64,000 nucleotides of DNA from Lingula anatina (lineage: Eukaryota; Animalia; Brachiopoda). The stretch covers positions 40,926,401-40,990,400 of the forward strand of contig CM120641.1 in assembly GCA_051362555.1 (NCBI GenBank), written 5' to 3'. This document shows positions 51,299-61,846 of this stretch, in pieces (position 1 is the stretch's first letter; the number at the start of each line of letters is the position of its first letter). The notes beneath the pieces are model-generated. The model searched no databases, was not told where the DNA came from, and saw nothing but the letters and a program-made list of their open reading frames with translations. Position numbers and translations under genes: made by a program.

Positions 51299-54105
51299 TA
51301 GTCCATGGGCCAAATACGGAAACCCTCCCCCCCCTTAGTGATATTCATTCACTATGTTTTTCTGATAGCTTATGTCCTGAGTTTAGATTTTCCGCTTGTT
51401 TGCCATTAAACTGGTGGTGGGTGTGTGTGCTACAGCCGTTGCCGTGGTAACGTCTGAGATTAAAAATTGAAAATTTCTGAGACCAAAAAATATTAAATTA
51501 TTCAAATGTATTAAGTAAATGGAATTATAAATCATTTCAGATGTATAGGTTAAGAGCTGCACTATACTTCATGATCCTCAAAATTCTCCAAGATGGCTGT
51601 AATTTCAAGATGGCGGCCAATTTTTGCTAATTTTTGAGTAATTTCAATTATTTTTAATATTTGAGTTTTAATTCAATTATCAAGGAATAAGAATGTGGGA
51701 TATGCTTTGATGCACCGGAATTGCATAAAGTCTCTACTACTTGCTACCTAAGTATTTGTTTTAGATGCAACCTTTTAATTTTGTTGTAAAACGGTGGCCA
51801 AAATACAAGTCTTTTACATTCTGTTGTCCCAACTGGAAAGATGCCATATTTATTATCAAAGTTACATTCTTTATTACTTTTAATAAACTGAATTCGAACT
51901 TAGGCCTTTTCCAAACAATTTTGCTTAATTCTGATTACATTGGGACTTTCAAAATTCAAAATGGCCGCCAATATGCTTATACACACTGGCTAAAAATGAT
52001 ATAATATCATATATTCTTCCAACAGAATTTTAATTTTAATTATCTCCAACCAACTTAGTCCCATTAGTGATTTTTGTTTACTATGATTTTCTGGTAGTTT
52101 AAGCCCTTAGCATTTATTTTTCGCTTGTTTTTCATTAAACTGGTGGTGGTTGTGAGTATTACAGCTGCTGCCATGGTAACGTCTGGGTTTGAAAATTGAT
52201 ATTTTTGAGACCAAAAATGAAAATTAAATATTTCAAATGCATTTTAATTCATGGAATTCAAAATTATACCAAATGTGTAAATTAAGTGTGCTATACTTCA
52301 CAATCATCAAAATGTTCCAAGATGACAGTAAATTCAAAATGGCTGTCAATATTTGCTCATTTTTGAATAATTTTGGGAATTTTTTGATATTTAAGTTTTA
52401 ATTTAAATATTTAATTATTATTTATTATTAAATTACAGAATGTCACTGAAATTTTCCGGGTGATAATCGCTGACCGAGACCAGCCTTTCGTATAATTGTG
52501 AAAAGGTGATATCTCCATGCCCAATATCAATGGCAAACCAATCCAAAACGACGGCCCCCGCTCTCTTTATGTCTTTAATTGTTGTGTATTTTGAAAGTAA
52601 TCCTAGAGATGAATTTGACGGCAAAGCGGACATATTTCCAAGTGGTGATAATACGTATGCGCAGAGAGCTCATTTTCCGGCAAATTCAATAACAGCGTTT
52701 GCGACAACCTACTTCGTTGGGGGGGGGGGGGGGGGGGATTTTTTTTATTTTTTTCGGAGAACAGACGAAAACCGGTGCGCGCGCAGGATGTCATCCCTAA
52801 AAATAAAAAAGTCTGGCCAAATAGGTGATAGGTGTGACAGATTCAGCTGTTGCCATATTAACACAGGGGTTTTGAAAAAATAATTTCTGAGACCTTTAAA
52901 TTGTCATGTATTTCAAATATATGAACTCAATGTTTTGCAAACTTTAAAAAAACTTGGACCTCAGTTATTAATGAAAATATTTGCAAAAAATAATCATAGT
53001 TAAATTACCAAAATGGCAGCCAATCCAAGACGGCGACAGGTTTATGTTAATTTTACATCTTATTACTGAAAGTAGCTTTTTGTAAACTTTAAAAGCAGCA
53101 TTGGAATTGAAAAATTATATATGCTGATATGATGTGAATTGCATAATTACTGTCTTCAGTGATTGTTACTCCTATACCCTCTTATTAAGTGTCAAAACCT
53201 GAAACCCTATGTGGCCATCACAAAACATGGTTTATACATATTGCTGAATGAATATGTTACATTTTCGTTACAAAATTCCCGATTTGCTGTTTCTGTTAAA
53301 CTAAATTAACCTATTAATATTTCACTGGGAATTTCAATTTTCAAAAGATTTTCGACCAAATTATATTAACTTGGCCATTCCAAAATTCAACATGGCCACA
53401 AATGGCCATGACAGTGCAGGTATGGATTTTTACTGCAATGATATTAAACAACGCAAGAAATAAACAATTCTAAAAGTTGTGTTGTTAATTTCAATCAAAT
53501 ATGCCCTTTCTACACTGCTTTCATGGAAACATTTGTCCATATTTAGTTAAATATTTAGAAATGGATGAAATGTCTTTTTAATGAAGAATGTTCATTGGAA
53601 AGCCAGTTAAGATTTGCTGTTACCCCTGAAACCGAGTTTTTGTTACAATCTAAGATGGTGTTCAGCTATATGAATAAATGAAATAAAACATTTACATGTA
53701 CATATACCACAACTCAGCTTCAAACTGCTAGAGAGGTAAAATTATATCCACATTTTGGAAAAAATCAATATATCCACTAACTTCAATTTAATATTTTTCT
53801 ACTTGAAAATTTTATAATACTTTACTTAAAATATAAATGTATAGAAATGCAAAATCACCATCAATATTTGCAAACTACAAAACTACCAAAATTTAGTTTA
53901 TGTATTTGAAATATTTAAGATTTTGTTGGTCTCCAAAATGTCAATTTTCAACCCGTGTGTTACCATGGCAACGGCTGTAGCACACATACCCACCACCAAT
54001 TTAATGGCAAACAAGCAGAACATAAAAGCTAAGGACCTAAGCTATCAGAAAAGCATAGTGACCGAAAATCACTAAGGGGGGGTTCGGTATTTGGCCCATG
54101 GACTA
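51299..54105. mobile_element. 2.8-kb non-autonomous DNA transposon with ~210-bp TIRs, TAG..CTA termini and a TAA target duplication (Academ-like, tentative)
   Basis: taa|tagtccatgggccaaatac ... gtatttggcccatggacta|taa. TIR similarity extends over ~51299-51510 and ~53900-54105. An internal direct copy of the left end lies at ~52062-52400. Confidence 0.85.
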
Positions 54106-54315
54106 TAATGATCTGAAAACTCAAACGCAAAATGTATGTTCAAACACACGCTGGGGTCATAGATTTAGATAAAAGGAGTACAAAATGTCTTAGATGCCGT
54201 TTTTAGACTGGCACAACCGCTTAAGACTGTAAAAATAGTAAATTTTACCTTTTTTTAAATTGTGCTACTTGCGATGTGCAATGTAAAAAACTTAAATCCA
54301 GTCTGGACCTGGTTT

Positions 54316-54467
54316 CCCAGCAGGCATAGTAACGTTGGATCAACGTTGAAAACAGGTTGATACGTTGAATTGCCGTTGATCTACCTAAATTCAACGTAAA
54401 ATTAACGTTGATCCAGCCACGTCAAAACCGTCTTAATGTGACGTTGGCTCGACGTTGTATTTTGGTC
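54316..54467. mobile_element. One-ended fragment of the CCCAGCAG / caacgttga (EnSpm/CMC-like) family
   Basis: cccagcaggca followed by multiple caacgttga/acgttg sub-terminal repeats, as at 18796-18893. Confidence 0.6.
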
Positions 54468-55223
54468 ATTGACACAACCTTGCAGACATGGATTGTAATT
54501 TAAAATGTTAATTATTGAAAACGTGATACTTTGTTTATCAATACTGTAACTAACCTTATCAAAATAATAAAAAGTGTTTTAAAGTAAAAGTGACAGTTGT
54601 TTTGTGTCTTAAGTGAACTAGTGAATTTTCTTAACTTGTTATTCAGAAATACATTCCAATAAACTTCCTTGCAAGGTCAGTTAACACTAGGATGAATAAG
54701 GCGCTGTAAGTGTGATTGAGTGAGGTTAATAAAGTTGACAGTTCTCGGTACCCTGTCATAGATAGATAGGTTTAGGTGACTGTGACTTTATTTGTTATAT
54801 TATTATTATGCATGATAACACAACATCTCTAAAGGGATAAAATATATACTCTCTGGGCACCTATAGTGAAAACTCCGGCGGTTTGGTGAAGTGAACTGAC
54901 ATTTTCCTTCTAGCATAAAGGCTAAGGTAAAGTAACCTTTATTGAAATAGGAATTTTTTATCCTTTGTTTGTCAGGGTCTAAGTGACGTCAATAGCGATA
55001 GGTAAATACTGCCAACAAATAACCTGATATCATATTTCGTTCAATGAATGAGCTGGGGAGCAGAGACTAGGTTGGAACAGCCATCACCTGGTTCTTAATC
55101 CTAAGTTTTCGTCGTCATAATACCAAAATATAATAGGCAGCAATATGCAGGATTGAAAAGGAAAGCACCAGTTCTACTTTACCGCAGCAAACTGCATCTA
55201 TAGGGAAACATCGACAATTTACA

Positions 55224-58200
55224 ATGGCGTCACTTGCTGGCGAAAAGTTAGCTGTTGCACTCGAGAAATTTCAGAAGGCTCTAAACCATATCAAAGAATT
55301 GAAAGAAGAAACGACATCGTGTTTTCAAGAAATAATGAGAGAAATACCAAACATGGCTATGGACAATTTTTTGCTTCCGGCTGAGAGACAGGAGGTGGAA
55401 GATGTATTAAACTTGAAACCGTGCGTGATTTTTACTGGTCAAACAAATTGTGGCAAGAGTTCTCTTATAAATGAAATTCTACAAAAGTCGGTGCTGCCAG
55501 CTAATGAAACGCCTTGCACCGCACGACTGGTTAGGTTGACATTTTCCGAAAATCCGTATTACAGAATCGGTGAAGACGAAGAGGTGGCAATGAAGGGTTC
55601 AATTCCACGGCAAGTTGTACAATTAGGTGTAGACGACAGGAGGGACGCCAATGAGATAGCAAAATACGTAACATGTGGGATAAAAAATGGCTTATTGAAA
55701 TCAGGACTAGACATTATTGACTCCCCTGGCAGAAATGAAAATGAAGAACTGAATCAGCTTCTGAAAAACGAGGTAGAACGAATCCCCATCTTAGTGTACG
55801 TGGTTGACGGCCACAATCAACTGACAATTCAGGTATGTGTTTTTTTGCTTGTTTAAAACTCTTAAAGACGGGTGCTTAATAATTATACAAACGAAGCACT
55901 TACATATTTAATTAAAAGTGCGTTTTAACAAAATTGCGTTTTAACAAAATTGAAAGGATGATACTACGCTTGTGGGGCTAGTTACTGATAATGACGAGAG
56001 TACATATAGAGAATCTGTTGAGTCGGTGTTAAGCTGGTGCAAGAATAATGATCTTATCTTGAACGTAGCTAAAACCAAAGAAATGATAGTGGATTTTAGA
56101 AGGAATCAGAGTGTAAAGGTAGGCCTACCACTCACCATTGGTAATGTTGAAGTTAGTAGAGTAGAGGAATTTTAACTACTTGGTATACACCTTAACAGTA
56201 AATTGAATTGGAAAGATAACACCGCAAAGAGTGTAAAGAAGGCACGGCAAAGACTGTATTTTTTAAGATCATTGAGAACTTTTACTGAAAGCGTGCCTAT
56301 TTTAGTCAATTTTTACAGGTGTGTAATTGAAAGCATTCTAGCGTACGGAATTATAATATGGTATAGCGGAACAGCTGGGGAGGAAAGGAAGAAATTAACA
56401 AACGTTGTAAAAACTGCAAGCAGGATTATTGGGCAGGATCTCCCCAAGCTGGATGATATTTTTAAAGACAGAATGGAGAAAAGAATTGTCAACACCATGA
56501 AAGACTCTTTCCATCCTGCAACATCTCTTTTTACTTTTTTACCAAGCAACAGTAGACTTTTAACTTTTAAAGGCAGTAAACGCTTTCTAAACAGCTTTTA
56601 TCCAAGTGCAGTGACGCATTTTAATTTGAACTCAAAACTAAATTCTTGATTAATTTATTTATTGTATTATTTTATTATTTTACTCTGTATATTGCTCCAA
56701 AAGGAAAATGATTTCCGATTTTTATAATTGGCTAAATAAACTCTTATATTAATCAGTATCAATGTTGGAATACAAATCAAGATTTTTACTAAAATGCTGA
56801 AGCTTTTGTGAAAATGTACCTGTTGTGCATAGTATCAGCATGTCTTCCGCTTACATACGACATGGAATAAAAAGGTGGTGGCATATTTTTTCTCTGCTGT
56901 GAATTTGTTTGAGGAGTGTAGCTCCACCTCTCTCTTCCATATTTATTCTTTATCAAAAAGTTATAAAGTCTTTTATATTCATGGTATTGCTTTAAACGTG
57001 TTTTTAAAGGTTTGCATTATTTCTAGATGAACTATTAGCACAATGTGTTATTTTGATTTTTCTGTCTTTTTCATTCTTCACTCTGCCTCACTAAAGATTG
57101 ATTGTTAAAATGTTTCTTATACTGCCTCTGTTATTGGCCAGATAGTAGATGCCCCTGTGCCAATGTGCCTTTAAAGATACAAAATTTTAGACATCAATAC
57201 AATATGCAGGGGATCCAGGATTATTTGAATGGGGGCACGAATGCAGGGCCGACCCCCCCCCCCTCCCACCCCTTGGCGTGGGTTCTCGGACCTGCTGAAA
57301 GGCCAGAAAAATATTTTTCTGGCCTTTTAGCCTTTTAACTGGGCCCTGGTATTTTAGAGGGCGAACGGTGTCATTTGGTACGGTTTAGAACTATGATTCA
57401 GCTAGAGAAATTTTAATTTCAAGAGAGGATCTTTGGTGTGATGTTTTTGAGAAAATGACTGGCGAAGATGTTGCCTAGCTCATATCTGATTCTGGGATAT
57501 GTTGGTGGTTACACTTGACATAAAAAAAGGCTCCATTGTGAGTTCTACTGGTGTAACCTACTTTCGTTCCATATAAACCATACATAATTCTGAATGTTTT
57601 ATCTTGTTGGCGCATGCAAGTCATTTTATGACGATCCGTTAGATGTATTTATAACTTCAGAGTATCTTTTCTAAGAAAAAAAATCTGTTTATGATAGATT
57701 AAGAGACGAGGAGAAATATTAAGTGAAAAAAGAGGCAGGTATATGTCCAAGTACCTTTTGGCAATAGGTCATATAGACATGCAGATATACTCCAACAAAT
57801 GAAAGATTCTTTTTCTTTAAAAGGAAAATACATGTAGTATTAACATATATCATGCAGTATTACTTAGTGATGGTGAAATCAAAAGTTGACTTGATGTTCA
57901 TTGACCCTTTTTGGCGTTTTGGTTGTCACATGTCAATTATCTAGTCAAAAGCAAGAAAAATGGTATCAAAGAGTGCAAAAACTTTTAACCATCATACAAT
58001 ATATACAACCACTGAAATGAGCAATTAATAGGTCAACAGACATAAAAAGGAGACCAGTTCTATTCAGTTGACCATAGTTATAGACTAAAACAGATTAAGT
58101 GACCTTTTAACGCTTTATCACTGATAGCACAATGAAACATTTAAAGCGTTTTAATATGTTTTATCATGCACACATACAATTTAACTTAGAAACAGGCCTA

Positions 58201-59393
58201 ATATACATTTTGGTTAATATTTATTGAATTTGAACGAAAGTTCTTTAATGATTTTATTTATATTGAGACGGTATGTTTAGCTAAGCTACTGTTTGTTACA
58301 CCCCTGACACATTTCTACCTCTACCTTCAGCCAGTTCATTTTCAGCAAAGAAAGAATTCATGAATCCTCCGTCACACTAGAGGCGAATAAGCAAGAATGC
58401 AGTCGGAAAGCCAATCCTTTGTGCGTTCCTGGATATTCGAAGAGCATTCTAAAAATTCAGAGTGCATTCCAAATAATTTTACCCATTCTTGTGGAATGTT
58501 TTGCTCATGTATAAAAACTCTCGAAGTGCATTCCAAGTGGAAAATTGTCGAGTGGCATTTGAATAGTATTCTAACTGCACTATGACTGCTTTCTAAATAA
58601 TCTCACGGCATTCCGACAGCATTCGAAATATTCTGATCACATTCGAGGGAGAACCAAAATGGCAAGACACTTCAATTCCTGCTGGAATGAGCCAGAATGC
58701 ATCTGGATCCTATTTTAGCCAGCAATCGAAGTACACTCCTACGGTATTCAAATTGTATTCTAAATATTCTGACTGCATTCTGACAGCATTATTGATATTC
58801 CTAGTTTTCCAACTACATTCGAGCTGCATTTGAGAGCTAATACAGCCAAAATGTGCACTAATCATTCCAGGCGGATTCAACCGCATTTAGAGCATTCCAA
58901 CGGCATTCTTACAAGAATTTGGGTCAATTTGAAATTTCTTCCCGAATGTAGTACGAATTTTTAAATTTAGTCATTCCGGCTGGTTCTGATTGATTCCTGC
59001 TGATTCCGCATAAGTGTGACAGGGGCTTTACAGGAGAGATAAAATGACGTTTAAGGGATAATTACTGTTCAGTTTGGCCGAAAAATTAATTTCCCTGTGG
59101 TAAAGGACAATTTTCCCATACTTACCAATTGTAAATGAATCCATTCCAACATTCAAAATTAGTCCCTGTTTTTTTTGTTTTATTTTATATATTATTTTTT
59201 TGTAATAATCTATTAGGAGATTAATTCAGAGTGTAGCCATCTATTGAGGTCACTGGATGTGATGACAAGTACAAAATAATTGTGTTAACCGCCGCTTTCG
59301 GGGCAAAATAGAATTTATTGTACTTCTATGAGTTATATACAATGTATTTATTGTGAAATATTGATATTTTACGAACGGTCGTTATCCCTTCAA

Positions 59394-59431
<38 letters not shown>

Positions 59432-59432
59432 G

Positions 59433-59468
<36 letters not shown>

Positions 59469-61846
59469 GGCCAAATACACTTATAGGTTTTTTTAGATTG
59501 GCTTATACTTCAACAGTTTTAGCGCACTTAAATTAGAAATATGGTAAACAAATTGGCACTCTGATAAACTTCAAAGCAAATTAACTGTATGCTCTGTCAT
59601 GCTTATTTTACCATCATGACTGTCTTTTGCCTTTATGCAAAGATTTCTTCAAAATCAAATATACTTTGAAGTCATCGTATAATTCTTTTCCAGGATGCAG
59701 AAGATCTAAGGACGCTTTATAACCAGTTCGTAGTTTTTTACGTGGTCAGCAAAGTCGATTCAGAAGATGACAGCGATTCTGATAGCGACTCTGAATCTGG
59801 AGACGAGAAGGCAACACCCGCTGGAGTTAAACAAGAGCGCATGGCAGTAGTCTATAGCCGTCTTGTAGAAGAAGGCTTATTAGATAAGCATACCCGGATG
59901 AACGAGTGTCAGCTTTTTCACGGTTTATCCGCGTGGAAACTTCATGAAGCCAGAGAGTCCGCGATGGCAGACAGCAAACATACAGTGTATCTTGCAGATT
60001 TTGAAAATTTCAAAAGTTGCCTCATAGGACACATTGAAGAAATTTTGGAAGCGAAAGTAACAATAGCGTGTAATAATCTCGCTAAAGCTCAAAAACGTTG
60101 CATTGATTCGCTTTTGTCTAAAGCAGAAGATCCGTTAACAATAGAAGAAACTTTAAAAGATATTGAAAAAATCAAACTATTGGAGCAGGATTTCTACCGT
60201 AGGGTTGAACAAAAACTGACGGACAAAACACGCATGGAAATGTCCCTCAAAACTATTTTAAGTCAATGCCAGGAGGAACTGGTTGAAGACATTGGTCAGA
60301 TCACATTTGAGAGACAACATAACATTCAAGAAGGGGCGTATGTTACTGGTGAAGAAGCCGTTAAGAAATGTGGAGATCACGTGAAAGATATCTTGATTAC
60401 ACGACTTATCGATAAATATCAAAAAGGATTAAAGAACATATTCCAAAATGAAGAAAGCTTGATGCTTGAACTGCAGAGAACACAAAATTTGAAAAACACC
60501 AGGGAAGGTATCAAGCATGCGCTAGTATTAGTCTGTTCATTGACACAAAGTCTCTTTGACAGCTACAAAATACCACTGGATCTAAGCAAATGTGTGAGGA
60601 ACCTTACATTTTGGGGACGCCTAAAAGAAGGTTTATGGAACTTTTTCCGAGCAATAGCCCACCCGATAGACTTTATCCGTGGTCGAACGATGATAACAGT
60701 AAAATGGAAGCAGGGCATAGCCAGGAAATTTTTAGCTTCAATTGATACAATGAATTTAGCTTCCGAAGTTGCTGAAGCACTCAAGAGTCGTTTTGACGTC
60801 GCCCACATAAATTTTCAAGAGAATATAATTGAACACAAAAACAACGTTGAAAGATCTTTGCGCCTCAGTAAGGAGCAGCTATCTTCCATTCAGCAGGTCG
60901 CACCAAAGATGGCCTCAGTTGAACTCCGCACCATCGGCATTTTAGATGTATTAAAGTACGGAACCCCGACATTTCTGAGACAGATCGGAGAAGGAGGGCA
61001 AGGGGAGGTCTGGGAGGTGACAGCGAGAGATAAGGCTAATTATGCTTTGAAACTCGTTGGGGACCCTGGATCCGAAGACCTCCTGGGAAAGTTGGCCCTT
61101 GAAATACATTACACGCGGTGAGTTTACTTGTGGTACAATTCTAGTAAATGGGCAATGCATCTGACCGTATTTTACACGTAAAAATCTTATCTTTATCGAA
61201 AAAATCCTTCTTCTCATGAGTTATTTGTCAACACATTCCTTACTAGGATTCAATCTTTTGTAATATTTCTAATTAAATAACTTGGTTTTAAGGAAATGAA
61301 TATTCAATGAGAGCGCCGTTTGCTTCTTGTCATTTTAGAATGAACATTTAAATCAGACGTTTTTTGAAAAATATAGCTTTGTTGGATAATTAGACATGAA
61401 AACATGACTTTGGGGTCTTTTCAAACCCGTGTAGCGCACCTCTTCAAACGATTGTGTAAGACCATGGCATTTACCCTCGATTTTGTTTTTTTTAATGAAC
61501 TTTGCATCATTAAAAATTGCTTGTCTTATTGATTTATCGATTGATATGGAACACCAAAGCAATGTTCTGGGAACGTATGACAATGTGTTACACTCTTTCG
61601 TCTTTTAGAAGCATCTCCCACGAACACGTAATGCCGGTCCTGGGGAGTTTTGTTATTGAAAAAGATGGCAAGCAGCACTTAGCCGTCCTCTACGAACTCA
61701 TGGAAAGTGATGTTATGCATATGCTTCGTAACGACCCAGGGGATCTAAAGATTCGGCTTGGAATTGGGCTGCAAGTGGCAAGTGCTTTAAACTACATGCA
61801 CAGCGCGGGACTCATGCATCGAGATATCAAACCGGAAAACGTGTTG
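55224..61846 (+). CDS. Gene E (3'-partial): DSTYK(RIPK5)-like protein, dynamin/mitofusin-type GTPase + helical stalk + probably active protein kinase
   Basis: Exons 55224-55832, 59694-61117, 61609-61846 (757 aa); the last exon is not found in the window. G1 GQTNCGKSS, LPANETPCT, DSPG, SKVD. Kinase: IGEGGQGEVW, YALK, LALEIHYTRS (DSTYK has LALEFHY.RS), HRDIKPENVL. Intron positions and phases match gene D. Confidence 0.9.
55958..56745 (+). mobile_element. 5'-truncated, inactivated non-LTR retrotransposon (CR1/L2/Rex1-Babar group RT C-terminus) in gene E intron 1
   Basis: DDTTLVGL..WC..N.L.LNVAKTKEMIVDFRR..EEF*LLG..LNW..KKARQRLYFLR.L..FYRCVIESIL.YGI..W..HP..F..LPS..RF.NSFYP.A; in-frame TAA at 56173; AATAAA near 56735. 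Confidence 0.9.
57244..57348. mobile_element. Small hAT-like MITE remnant with internal palindrome
   Basis: cagggcc..ggccctg ends; palindrome aaaggccagaaaaatatttttctggccttt. Confidence 0.4.
58364..59027. mobile_element. PIF/Harbinger-like MITE with GAATGC/GCATTC internal repeats
   Basis: Left atcctccgtcacact vs right agtgtgacaggggct; flanks tga / tta (imperfect TWA); many gcattc/gaatgc motifs inside. Confidence 0.65.
59053..59390. mobile_element. Possible MITE with imperfect AAGGGATAA TIRs
   Basis: aagggataattactgttc vs gaacggtcgttatccctt. Confidence 0.4.
59398..59470. repeat. Compound (TA)n microsatellite, duplicated with an attag spacer
   Basis: (ta)n attagcc (ta)n attagg. Confidence 0.9.

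Noticed and set aside
55155-55164. ISRE-like GAAANNGAAA near gene E (and at 12487-12496 upstream of gene B)
   Set aside because: Several chance matches are expected in 64 kb of AT-rich DNA; no independent support.
55224-61846. Assigning the symbol DSTYK to gene E
   Set aside because: Family signatures are clear, but divergence from the canonical GRGQYG / VVPPD..HWND motifs points to a lineage-specific paralog.
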